A stretch of DNA of 64,000 nt from Candidatus Limnocylindrus sp. GTDB lineage: Bacteria > Chloroflexota > Limnocylindria > Limnocylindrales > Limnocylindraceae. The stretch is from contig JBBAWM010000001.1 in the NCBI GenBank assembly GCA_040397175.1, positions 217,976 through 281,975 on the forward strand, read 5' to 3'. The notes under the pieces were generated by a model that was not told the origin of the DNA, searched no databases, and worked only from the letters and a program-made list of their open reading frames with translations. Numbering within the stretch: the stretch's first letter is position 1; each line of letters opens with the position of its first letter. This document shows, piece after piece, positions 28,041 through 38,205 of this stretch. Both the position numbers and the translations under genes were made by a program.

Positions 28041-29413
28041 CGCCCGCTGCGCCCCTGTCGCTCGGCATCGGTCTCGGGGTACGACACAGGTGCGGAGAGC
28101 GCTGCGGTTGCCGCCGCGGAGTAGGCCGTGTCGGCTGGGCTTGACGAACCCTTGACCGTGACTGATTTTGCGCCGACCGGTGGCTGCTCGGTCGCTGGCA
28201 AGATCGAACGACCAGGCAAGCGGTGCTCGAGCTTTACCGTTACGTCGTAGTCCTCGCAGATGTCGAGGAATGGATCTGGATCCATCATGTCGGGCGATTT
28301 CACCCCAGCGCCACCCCAGACGCCTTCGGCGATGAGCTCCATCGCCATGACGGGCATCACGCCCGTCTGCCAGGCAACGGGCTGTAGGTTGTAGCGACCC
28401 ATCGTCTCCGCCGCATCGCACACCTGGTAGTGGAACGTTTCGCGCGGGCGACCATCCTTGGTGCCGCTGACCAGCGTGCCAACGATCGCGCGACCGACCA
28501 TGCTCTTGCCAAGCGTTGATGGGTCAGGGGAGAGAGCGCCGATCACGTCGCGCGGTGCGACCTGGACGCCCTTCACGTTGATTGGATTCTTTCCGTCGAG
28601 TCCGAGTCGGTGCAGCAGCTGCAGCGTCTCAATGAAGTCGGCGCCGAGCGCGTACTTAAAGGTGATCACGTCGGCTTTCATGCTGCGAGGCAGCTGCACG
28701 ATCTCTTCATGCTCGACGTTCACGCACATCACTGGGCCGACCCCTTCAGGGAAGACGAAGTCCTCCGGCTCGCTGAACGGCTCGCGCACCTCGATCTTGC
28801 CGTTGCGCCAGACGATCGGTGGGTTCAAGCACTCCTCGATCACCGTCCAGAGGCTGAAGACGGTCGCAAATGGATAGCCTTCGATGCGCAGGTCGCCACC
28901 GTCGCGCACGTGCACGGCAGAGATGTCGTCGAAGGTCCACTTCTTGGCGTAGGCGGCGAAGATGTTGGAGAGGCCTGGGTCCATCCCCATGCCGATGAGG
29001 GCCAACTTGCCGCGGTCTTCCCAGAGCTTCTTGCGCTCCTCTTGGTAGGAGCCGAGCATGAGCCCCGGAACGGTGTACGGGTTCTGAATGTCAGGGACTG
29101 AGAGGCTCGTGGCCATATCGATGTAGTGCACGCCAGCTTCGAGGGCGGCGTCGAACACTGCTGGAACGAAGCGCGGATCGACCGCATTGAGTACGAGATC
29201 CGCCTTGGAGCTCGCGATGAGCTCTTTCAGCTGCGCGGCGTTCCCCGCGTCAACTTGGGCAACCTTGTAGCCAGCGCCAACCGCGTCGGCGACCGTGCGC
29301 GCGCGGTCGAGAGAGTAGTCCGCCAGGGTGAGGGTGCCGAGCCACTTCTTCCCCTTGATGAGATGGGCGATCGCCTCGCCGACCGTGCCCGTACCGACCA
29401 ACAGAACGTTCAT
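28037..29413 (-). CDS. Saccharopine dehydrogenase / carboxyspermidine dehydrogenase-like oxidoreductase
   Basis: Rossmann GTGTVG, NAVDPRF, YIDMA, GMDPG, EECLNP, VEHEE, APRDV. Confidence 0.88.
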   Translation of the reverse strand: MNVLLVGTGTVGEAIAHLIKGKKWLGTLTLADYSLDRARTVADAVGAGYKVAQVDAGNAAQLKELIASSKADLVLNAVDPRFVPAVFDAALEAGVHYIDMATSLSVPDIQNPYTVPGLMLGSYQEERKKLWEDRGKLALIGMGMDPGLSNIFAAYAKKWTFDDISAVHVRDGGDLRIEGYPFATVFSLWTVIEECLNPPIVWRNGKIEVREPFSEPEDFVFPEGVGPVMCVNVEHEEIVQLPRSMKADVITFKYALGADFIETLQLLHRLGLDGKNPINVKGVQVAPRDVIGALSPDPSTLGKSMVGRAIVGTLVSGTKDGRPRETFHYQVCDAAETMGRYNLQPVAWQTGVMPVMAMELIAEGVWGGAGVKSPDMMDPDPFLDICEDYDVTVKLEHRLPGRSILPATEQPPVGAKSVTVKGSSSPADTAYSAAATAALSAPVSYPETDAERQGRSGR

Positions 29414-29446
29414 CGTTCAATGCCTTTCACGTGGGGGCCCAGGAAG

Positions 29447-29543
29447 CCGGGCTGCACCCACACCAGGGGAGCCCTCAGAGGGCTCAACCCAGTTGCTCTT
29501 GGCAGCCTACGCCTACCCCCCGGGGGGTCGTCAAACAGCCCGG
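29447..29543 (-). ncRNA. Candidate structured cis-regulatory RNA (unclassified)
   Basis: Closing stem ccgggctg/cagcccgg enclosing three inverted repeats; lies in the 5' region of the dehydrogenase. Strand not certain. Confidence 0.4.
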
Positions 29544-29617
29544 AGTTCGTGCGGGGAGTGGTCGTATACTGATCTCAGGCGACACATGCCGCCACACGCG
29601 AAGTGAAGGAGTGAGCA

Positions 29618-30181
29618 ATGGACCCACTGATCGTTCTCGTCGTAGCCCTTGTGGTTGTCGGCCTGGTGGTCGCCTCCTCCTACAACGGACTTGTCTCTGG
29701 TCGAAACCGCGTGAAAGAGGCGCTCAGTCAAATCCAAGTACAGCTCAAGCGCCGCTATGACCTGATTCCAAATCTTGTTGATGCAGTCAAGGGGCAGATG
29801 GGCTTCGAGAAGGGCGTGCTCGAGAATGTCACGAAGGCGCGCGCCGCCGCGGTAAGCGCAGGTGCAAGTGGCGACACAGCAGGGCAGGCGAAGGCCGACA
29901 ATATGTTGACCGGCTCGCTGCGCACCCTCTTCGCCAACGTTGAGGCCTACCCAACGCTTAAGTCGAATGAGAACGTGATTCAGCTGCAGGAGCAGCTCAC
30001 GTCGACCGAGAATCAGATCGGCTTCAGCCGTCAGCACTACAACGCCACGGTTCTCGCCTACAACAACTCCATCCAGACCTTCCCTGGAGTGCTCTTTGCT
30101 CGTGCGTTCGGCTTCGCCGCCAGCGAGTTCTTCGACGCCCCCGATGCCGAGGAGGCCGTTCCGAAGGTCAACCTCTCCTAG
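29618..30181 (+). CDS. lemA: LemA family protein
   Basis: QLKRRYDLIPNLV, EAYPTLKS, TENQIGFSRQHYN, FPG. Confidence 0.95.
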   Translation: MDPLIVLVVALVVVGLVVASSYNGLVSGRNRVKEALSQIQVQLKRRYDLIPNLVDAVKGQMGFEKGVLENVTKARAAAVSAGASGDTAGQAKADNMLTGSLRTLFANVEAYPTLKSNENVIQLQEQLTSTENQIGFSRQHYNATVLAYNNSIQTFPGVLFARAFGFAASEFFDAPDAEEAVPKVNLS

Positions 30182-30199
30182 TCGGAACAGGTCGACGCA

Positions 30200-31162
30200 G
30201 TGGCAACCTTCTACGATCTCGCGGCGGAGAACCGCAGAAAGTCGCTGGTTCTTGTCCTGATTGTGGTGGGGATCCTCGCCGCCTTTGGGGCGAGCGCAGG
30301 GATCGCCTTGAGTGGCACCGTTGACGGCGGAATCCCGTTTGCCCTTGGGGCATTTGTGATCGGATTCCTGCTTACCGTCGGGGCCTACTTTGGCGGTGAC
30401 CGCGCGGTTCTTGCCGCTGCTGGCGCGAAAGAGCTTGATCCAACGGCAGGAGATGAAGAGCGGCAATTCGAGAACATCATCAATGAGCTCTGCCTGGCCG
30501 CAAACCTACCCAAGCCCAAGCTCTACGTCATTGATGATTCGGCGCTTAATGCGTTCGCCACGGGGCGTGACCCGGAGCATGCCAGTGTGGCGGTAACGGT
30601 TGGGCTCATGCAGAAACTTGATCGGGAAGAGATGAGCGGCGTCCTTGGCCATGAACTCTCCCATGTGCGCAACTTTGATATTCGGTATGGACTCCTAGTT
30701 GCCGCACTCGTCGGTTCACTCGCACTCCTCAGCGACCTGGTGATCCGCTGGGCCTTCTGGGGCGGAGGCCGTCGGCGTGACGACGATCGTCAAGGAGGGA
30801 ACGGCCTCCAAGCGATTTTCATGATCCTGACGATCGTTCTGGCGATCCTCGCACCGATCGCGGCGCGGCTAGTGCAGCTTGCGGTCTCGCGGCAGCGTGA
30901 ATACCTCGCCGATGCGTCAAGTGTTGAGTTAACGCGCAACCCCGCTGGGCTCGAGCGCGCGCTCGCAAAGTTGGCTGGCGATAAGGAGGTCCTCGAGGTT
31001 GCAACCAAGGCCACGGCGCACATGTACATCATCAACCCGGTGAAACACTTCGAGCAGCGTTCGGCGGGATTCCTCGCAACCCATCCACCCCTGGTTGATC
31101 GCATAAATCGCCTGCGTGCCCTGCGTCGGGCCAAGCCACTCGCGTCGGTCACCGAGGCGTAA
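30200..31162 (+). CDS. htpX: M48 zinc metalloprotease HtpX
   Basis: NAFATG, HELSH, SRQREYLADA, THPP; follows lemA. Confidence 0.93.
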   Translation: MATFYDLAAENRRKSLVLVLIVVGILAAFGASAGIALSGTVDGGIPFALGAFVIGFLLTVGAYFGGDRAVLAAAGAKELDPTAGDEERQFENIINELCLAANLPKPKLYVIDDSALNAFATGRDPEHASVAVTVGLMQKLDREEMSGVLGHELSHVRNFDIRYGLLVAALVGSLALLSDLVIRWAFWGGGRRRDDDRQGGNGLQAIFMILTIVLAILAPIAARLVQLAVSRQREYLADASSVELTRNPAGLERALAKLAGDKEVLEVATKATAHMYIINPVKHFEQRSAGFLATHPPLVDRINRLRALRRAKPLASVTEA

Positions 31163-31209
31163 TCTCACCACCCCGTAACCTGTGCCGCCGCCCTCCGCAG
31201 GGTTGAGGG

Positions 31210-31253
31210 GCGGCTGATCGGGGCGGCTGATCGGCGCGGCTGATCGGCGCGGC
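31210..31253. repeat. Tandem repeat, 13-bp unit x ~3.4
   Basis: gcggctgatcggg-gcggctgatcggc-gcggctgatcggc-gcggc between htpX and tRNA-Gly. Confidence 0.85.
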
Positions 31254-31331
31254 ACCACGCCCGAGTACGCCCAGAGTGCCCTACTGTTGGTGTAGTCAGC
31301 CGAGCCGCCTCCTTGCTATGGTGTGCTTCGC

Positions 31332-31407
31332 GCGGGAGTAGCTCAGTTGGTAGAGCACTTGCCTTCCAAGCAAGATGTCGCGAGTTCGAGCCTCGTCTCC
31401 CGCTCCA
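31332..31407 (+). tRNA. tRNA-Gly (TCC)
   Basis: 76-nt cloverleaf, anticodon arm CTTGC-CTTCCAA-GCAAG, CCA end. Confidence 0.97.
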
Positions 31408-31423
31408 GCGCCTTTTTGGGCGG

Positions 31424-33454
31424 TTACGCGCGTGTGTCGGCGAGGATCGCGCGTGAGACGCGCTTGGCAACAGCCAGGATGGTGACCATCGGATTCACGC
31501 CGAGCGCGGTAGGGAAGAGCGACCCGTCAGCCACATAGAGACTCTTGATCAGGCCGCCGTTCGGATCGCTCGAGCGAGGTCGCGGAGTAGAACGCACGCG
31601 GCCCCACGGATCGCAGGCATGGTCATTGGCGTCGGAGCCCATCCGAGCTGTGCCCATCTGGTGGGCAGAGAAAACGGTGCCGCGGTTTGGCGCGAAGTCG
31701 AAGCGATGCAAGCGGCGTAGATACACCTCCAGCGCCTCACTCCCATCGCTACGGCGCCAACTCATTGGCGGAGAGCCTGCTGCGATGATCTCACTTGCCC
31801 CTGCCGCCTCAGCAATGCGTGACATCGATCGCAGCGCATGGCGGAGGCCGCGCTCATCACGCGGCGTGGTGCGGTAGTTAATCTGCGCGAATCCTGCGCG
31901 GCTCGCCGTGACGGTGCCACCAGCGTCATCTTTGACAATCGCCAAGAAGGGGGCGATATTGCGCGCGAGTTTCATTAGGCGTTCATGTTCTGCGCGCGAG
32001 CTCCACGGAATCCCGAGGGCGAGAAGCCCGGGATGGCCAGGGGCGCTCTCGATGATGTAGCCGTTGCGCTCCTCATCTGGGTCGATGAAGCGCGAGCTCT
32101 TCGCCGCCTGCATCGTGCCTCGCCACATTTCGACAGGCTCATCAAAGACGCCCGCGACGAGGCTAACCGGGTGCAGCCGGAGGTTCTTCCCAATTGCGGG
32201 GTGGGTGAGCCCGCTGCGCTGGAGCAGGATTGGCGTTCGGAGTGCGCCTCCGGAAACCACCACAGTCTTCGCGATGATCTCGAGCGTTCGAGGTGATCCT
32301 GCGCGCGTACCAAGCGTGGTGATTGCGCCGGTGACCGTATCGTTCACGATGACGAGCCGCTCCGCCTTACAGTCGGGCAAGATGCGCGCGCCTTGGGCGG
32401 CCGCTTGGGCCAGGTGGAGGCGTAGTGACGACTGCTTGGACCCAACCTTGCAGCCGAATGGACAGGTTCCGCAGTCGCTGCACTCGGCACGATTCATCTG
32501 GATGCGCTCGCTGCTCCAGCCGAGCTTCTCGGTACCTCGGATGATTGCCTCATCTTTCATCGGCACGTTCTGTGAGTCTTTTGCGCCGATCTCGCTCAGT
32601 ACTGCGGCGAGGTCCGTACCGAACTCACGCCCAGCGGCACCGGTGACGCCATGCTCCCCCTCCCACTCCTCGCGCACGGGTTCAGGAATGGGGATTGCGG
32701 TCATCCAGTTCACCGTCGTGCCGCCGCCAACTGTGCCGCCCGCAAGGATTGCGATATGTGCATCGGCGGTGGCAGTGAAGCCTGAGTCGAGATATAGGCG
32801 CTCGTAAGCATCGCGCTCCTTCGTTGGGAAGGTCGCCTCGGTATAGAGGCCACCCGCTTCAATGACGAGTACCTCACGACCTGCGGCGGAAAGGTCACGC
32901 GCAATGCTCCCTCCGCCAGCCCCCGAGCCGATCACCAAGACGTCGACGGCAATACGCTCCGCAGGGCCCGGGTCAAACGCGGTGATCTTGGTGACGTTGG
33001 CGGTCGTGGGATTCGGCGTTGGGTTGTAGCCGAGGGCACTCAGACGCGTTCGCACGAGATCATCGGCTGGCTCGTCGGCATCGGAATAGGCGATGAAGGA
33101 GAGCAGCTTCCGGAAGACGGCGGCACCGCTGCGCAGCATTGGCACGGGATGCTGGACCCAGCGGCGCAGGAACTCGTCGCGCTGTGCCGACTTCAAGGTG
33201 CCGAATCGCGCCAGCCGTCCACCAATCAGCAGGCTGCCAACACGTGTATCGAGAAGGTTAAGGACGAGCCGCAGCTGACCGTGGAGGGCGGGGTCGACCA
33301 CCTTGGCGATTGCCGTCTCGGCGGCCGCCGCGCGAGCAGCACCACCGCCGGCGACGAACCCCTCTGCTAGGGCGGCGAGGGTGCGGCGCTGCGCGTCACT
33401 GAAGACGCCCGCTGCTGGGGCTGGTGTCGGAGCGGCGCTATTTCCAGTAGGCAT
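31424..33454 (-). CDS. GMC oxidoreductase (long-chain alcohol oxidase-like)
   Basis: IGSGAGG, GGTVGGGTTVNW, CxxCxxGC, SAHQMGTARMG, GVNPMVTI. Confidence 0.92.
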   Translation of the reverse strand: MPTGNSAAPTPAPAAGVFSDAQRRTLAALAEGFVAGGGAARAAAAETAIAKVVDPALHGQLRLVLNLLDTRVGSLLIGGRLARFGTLKSAQRDEFLRRWVQHPVPMLRSGAAVFRKLLSFIAYSDADEPADDLVRTRLSALGYNPTPNPTTANVTKITAFDPGPAERIAVDVLVIGSGAGGGSIARDLSAAGREVLVIEAGGLYTEATFPTKERDAYERLYLDSGFTATADAHIAILAGGTVGGGTTVNWMTAIPIPEPVREEWEGEHGVTGAAGREFGTDLAAVLSEIGAKDSQNVPMKDEAIIRGTEKLGWSSERIQMNRAECSDCGTCPFGCKVGSKQSSLRLHLAQAAAQGARILPDCKAERLVIVNDTVTGAITTLGTRAGSPRTLEIIAKTVVVSGGALRTPILLQRSGLTHPAIGKNLRLHPVSLVAGVFDEPVEMWRGTMQAAKSSRFIDPDEERNGYIIESAPGHPGLLALGIPWSSRAEHERLMKLARNIAPFLAIVKDDAGGTVTASRAGFAQINYRTTPRDERGLRHALRSMSRIAEAAGASEIIAAGSPPMSWRRSDGSEALEVYLRRLHRFDFAPNRGTVFSAHQMGTARMGSDANDHACDPWGRVRSTPRPRSSDPNGGLIKSLYVADGSLFPTALGVNPMVTILAVAKRVSRAILADTRA

Positions 33455-33525
33455 GCCGCATATATTGCATCTTTCTGCGTGCGGCGGGAGACGGTGGCGC
33501 GCCGCTGGGGTACGATCGGCACCGT

Positions 33526-33600
33526 TGGCGCGTGGCCAAGCGGTAAGGCACCTGCCTCTGGAGCAGGGGATCCTAGGTTCGAATCCTAGCGCGCCAGCCA
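33526..33600 (+). tRNA. tRNA-Gln (CTG)
   Basis: TGGCGCGTGGCCAAGCGGTAAGGC...CCTGC-CTCTGGA-GCAGG...GGTTCGAATCC...GCCA. Confidence 0.96.
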
Positions 33601-33637
33601 ACTCACTCACCCCTGGCGGAGCGGATACGATGCACCC

Positions 33638-34068
33638 ATGAGCAACACTCGCGTTCTTTTCCTTTGTACCCACAACAGCGCGCGGTCACAGATTGCCGAG
33701 GCGCTGCTCCGCTCTCGTGGCCGTGGCGCATTTGAGGTGGAGAGCGCCGGGACAGAAGCGACGCTGGTTCGCCCCCACGCCCTCACCGTGCTGAGCGAGA
33801 TCGGCATCGATGCGTCGGCCCAGACGAGCAAGACGCTCCACCAGTTTCTTGATGAGCCGTTCGACTACGTGATTACCGTGTGCGATGCGGCGAACGATGC
33901 CTGCCCCATCTTCCCGAATGGCGGGCAACGCGAGCACTGGTCTCTGCCAGACCCCTCAAAGGTCGGCGGGAGTGAGGAGCGTCAGCTCGAGGCGTATCGC
34001 AAGGTGCGCGACGATCTCGAGATCCGCATCATGGAGTTCATCCGACAGGTTGAGGCGACCGCGAAGAG

Positions 34069-34072
<4 letters not shown>
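33638..34072 (+). CDS. arsC: Arsenate reductase (LMW-PTP fold)
   Basis: FLCTHNSARSQIAE, ITVCD...ACPIFP, HWSLPDP. Confidence 0.9.
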
Positions 34073-35283
<1,211 letters not shown>

Positions 35284-35335
35284 CAGTCGGTCAAGCGTAC
35301 CCGAGAGCGGCGAGAAGGGTGCGATGATCAGTGCG

Positions 35336-36610
35336 ATGAATGAGAGGGCGACGCTCCTTGGTGGTCTTGCGCCAGCGCAACCCCTCGCCGCCCGCATGCG
35401 CCCGACAACCCTTGATGAGGTGGTGGGGCAAGGTGCGCTCATTGGGCCAGGTGGACCGCTGCGACGACTCTTGGAGCGCGGCGAGGCACCCTCGCTCCTG
35501 CTCTGGGGACCACCAGGGAGCGGCAAATCGACCCTAGCCGCCGTGATCGCCACCTCTCTAAAGGCAATCCCCACAAGCCTCTCCGCAACAAGCGACGGCG
35601 TGGCTGAGGTCCGCAAGGCGGTTGCCGCGGCGATCGAGCGCCGCGAGCACGGCGAGCAGACGCTCCTCTTCATTGACGAGCTGCATCGTTTCTCGCGCAC
35701 GCAGCAGGATGCCCTGCTGCCGCATGTGGAGGCGGGCACGATCATCTTGGTGGGCGCCACAACGGAGCCACCCCCGCGCGCAATCTCGCCGGCGCTCCTG
35801 TCGCGCATGCGCACCTTCCGTCTGGCTCCGCTGAGCAGCGAAGATCTTGAGACGTTGCTCGACCGAGCGCTTGGAGACCCCCGCGGCCTCAATGGGGCAG
35901 CGCAGGTCGATGTTGATGCCCGCCGTCAGTTGGTCGGCTACGCGTCTGGTGATGCACGTCGGCTCTTGACGCTGCTCGAGATGTCCGCACTCATGACGAC
36001 TGAGGGCAACGAGATCACGCCGCGCGAAGTGCTCCTCGCTGCACAAGACCGAAGCCTGCCCTACGACCAGTCTGGCGTTACCTCAGCACTGATCAAGAGC
36101 ATTCGCGGCAACGATCCTGATGCTGCAATCTGGTGGCTCGCGACAGCACTCGAAGGCGGCGAGGATCCACGCGTGATCGCGCGCCGACTGCTCGTCTCGG
36201 CATCAGAAGATGTGGGGAATGCCGATCCCGCCGCACTCCCACTCGCCGCAGCCGCAGCGCAGGTCGTAGAGCTCGCCGGATCACCTGAGTGCGACTGGGC
36301 GCTTGCGCAAGCCGTCACGTATCTCGCTAGTGCACCGAAGTCGCCGCGCGCAGGTGAGGCACTCGCTGCGGCGCGTGAGCAGATCGCCACTGGTGGCCAA
36401 CTACCTGTTCCTGGCCATCTGCGCGCGTCAGCGAAGACCTATCAGTCGCCACACGAATCTGGTGAACCGTTTGATATTGATCAGGAGTATCTGCCGCGCG
36501 AGATCGCAACGAAGCGTTTCTATGCACCGTCAGGGAGTGGAGCAGAGGCGGAGTTGCGTGATCAAATTGCAGCGCTGCGCGCCGCGCGCGCCAAGGGGAC
36601 GAAGGCCTAG
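35336..36610 (+). CDS. rarA: Replication-associated recombination protein A
   Basis: PLAARMRP, GPPGSGKS, IDELHRF, GATTE, KSIRG.DPDAA, SEDVGNADP. Confidence 0.93.
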   Translation: MNERATLLGGLAPAQPLAARMRPTTLDEVVGQGALIGPGGPLRRLLERGEAPSLLLWGPPGSGKSTLAAVIATSLKAIPTSLSATSDGVAEVRKAVAAAIERREHGEQTLLFIDELHRFSRTQQDALLPHVEAGTIILVGATTEPPPRAISPALLSRMRTFRLAPLSSEDLETLLDRALGDPRGLNGAAQVDVDARRQLVGYASGDARRLLTLLEMSALMTTEGNEITPREVLLAAQDRSLPYDQSGVTSALIKSIRGNDPDAAIWWLATALEGGEDPRVIARRLLVSASEDVGNADPAALPLAAAAAQVVELAGSPECDWALAQAVTYLASAPKSPRAGEALAAAREQIATGGQLPVPGHLRASAKTYQSPHESGEPFDIDQEYLPREIATKRFYAPSGSGAEAELRDQIAALRAARAKGTKA

Positions 36611-37413
36611 GCGAGTCCGTGTGCGAGCAGGAGCTCGCGGTTCGCCAAGATCTCGCTCGTTGATCCGTCGGCCACGATCACGCCGCGATCAACCACGATG
36701 CTGCGCGGGAATGCGGCACGCGCCAGTTCAAGGTCATGCGTGCTGACAATGAGTGTCTGTGTGAGTGACTGCAACAGCTCAATGAGTTCGCGGCGACCGC
36801 GTGGGTCGAGTCCAGCCGATGGTTCGTCGAACACCAAGATGCTTGGATCCATGGCGAGGACGGTGGCAAGGGCGACCCGCTTGCGCTGACCGATGGAGAG
36901 GCGCATCGGAGCACGTTGCGCCAAGTCGAGCGCGCCAACGGCGGCAAGGGCAACCTCTACGCGATCATGAATGGCGCCGGGGGTGAGGCCCATATGCGTT
37001 GGCCCAAAGGCAACGTCATCCCACACGGTTGGGCTAAAGAGCTGATCGTCGGGATCCTGAAAGACCAGCCCAACTTCAGCGCGGACGCGGCCGATCGTCT
37101 CGTTCGACACCTGCATCCCTGCCACCGTTACGGTGCCATGCGATGGACGGTGGATTCCGTTCAGGTGCAGCATCAGGGTGCTCTTCCCCGCACCGTTCGG
37201 TCCGAGCAGCGCAACCTTTTCACCGCCCGCAATCAACAGATCTATACCGCGGAGCGCCTCAGTCCCATCGGGGTAACGGAAGTGCAGATGCGAGATGGCG
37301 ATCGTGCCATCGCCCGTTGGCACAAGCGGCGCATCGTGCGCATAGTCATGCCCATGGCTGTGCGGCACAGAAAGCCCTGGATGCGTGTGCGGGTGTTCGT
37401 GCTGCTCCGTCAT
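36607..37413 (-). CDS. ECF transporter ATPase (CbiO/NikO) with His-rich N-terminus
   Basis: GPNGAGKS, FQDPDDQLF, LSIGQRKR, DEPSAGLD. Confidence 0.93.
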   Translation of the reverse strand: MTEQHEHPHTHPGLSVPHSHGHDYAHDAPLVPTGDGTIAISHLHFRYPDGTEALRGIDLLIAGGEKVALLGPNGAGKSTLMLHLNGIHRPSHGTVTVAGMQVSNETIGRVRAEVGLVFQDPDDQLFSPTVWDDVAFGPTHMGLTPGAIHDRVEVALAAVGALDLAQRAPMRLSIGQRKRVALATVLAMDPSILVFDEPSAGLDPRGRRELIELLQSLTQTLIVSTHDLELARAAFPRSIVVDRGVIVADGSTSEILANRELLLAHGLA

Positions 37414-37422
37414 TCGTTCAGC

Positions 37423-38205
37423 CTACAGTCGCGGCAGCAACGCGCCGCAGAGGGTGAGGAAGAGTGCCAATAGCACCACGCCGATCACCTTCAGCGTGAA
37501 GCGTGGATCAGCTGCCGGCAGGGTGCCGACCGAGAGGGAGCCAGTAGCCCCGCGCGACGCGGCGGCCTCTTCAATGCGCTGGGCTCGCGCATAGGCGCGC
37601 AAGAAGAGTGAGCCGACCAGGTTGCCGGTTGTACGCGCACGCCAGGAGATGCTCCCACCGATTCGTTCACGGCCAACGCCGACAGGGCTCGCGGAGCGGG
37701 CGGTGCGCGCACGGAGCATGCGTTTCGCCTCATCGCGAAGGAGTTCCAGATAGCGAATCGTCAGCCCCGCGCTTGTGGCGATCGCTTCAGGGAGCCGCAT
37801 GCGCCGGAGGGCGGTCACGATGGTTGGGGCGTCAACATGGGTAATGAGCACGATGGAGGCCTGCACGCTCACCCATGCCTTCAGCACGGCGGTGAGAGCG
37901 ATGCGGAGTCCGGCACCTGAGATGGTGAGGTCGAGCGGACCTACCGTGCCGCTCCAGAGGAGTTCGTCGGTGCGCAAGAAGATCACTGGCACCGCTGCCA
38001 AAACAAACGGGAGTGCTATCGCGCCACGTCGCGCGAGGCGAAGGGGCGAGATTCCGACAGAGGCACCCGCAGTGATCACCACGAACCAACTAAACGCGAG
38101 GGCAACGTAGGCACCCATCGGCAGGAGGGCGATAGCAAGAATAAAAAAGAGCGCTGCGATAACAGCGGCACGCGCATCACGGCCGCCCGGCGTGGCGCGG
38201 CTCAT
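37423..38205 (-). CDS. ECF transporter T component (CbiQ/NikQ)
   Basis: ALRRMRLP, RYLELL, ARTAR, ASRG. Confidence 0.9.
   Translation of the reverse strand: MSRATPGGRDARAAVIAALFFILAIALLPMGAYVALAFSWFVVITAGASVGISPLRLARRGAIALPFVLAAVPVIFLRTDELLWSGTVGPLDLTISGAGLRIALTAVLKAWVSVQASIVLITHVDAPTIVTALRRMRLPEAIATSAGLTIRYLELLRDEAKRMLRARTARSASPVGVGRERIGGSISWRARTTGNLVGSLFLRAYARAQRIEEAAASRGATGSLSVGTLPAADPRFTLKVIGVVLLALFLTLCGALLPRL

Noticed and set aside
29414-29570. SRP RNA, 6S RNA, or a lysine, TPP, cobalamin or guanidine riboswitch
   Set aside because: Hallmark motifs (e.g. SRP CAGG-GNRA-AGCAG, TPP CUGAGA, B12 box) were not recognised by eye; kept only as an unclassified candidate.
8298-33600. Integrative element at any of the three tRNAs
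   Set aside because: No integrase or transposase and no separate duplicated tRNA 3' fragment seen; flanking genes are housekeeping with similar composition.
33455-33673. N-terminal extension of the GMC oxidoreductase (likewise 8203..8358 for the PLP enzyme)
   Set aside because: The extensions run through tRNA genes; downstream ATGs give normal protein lengths.
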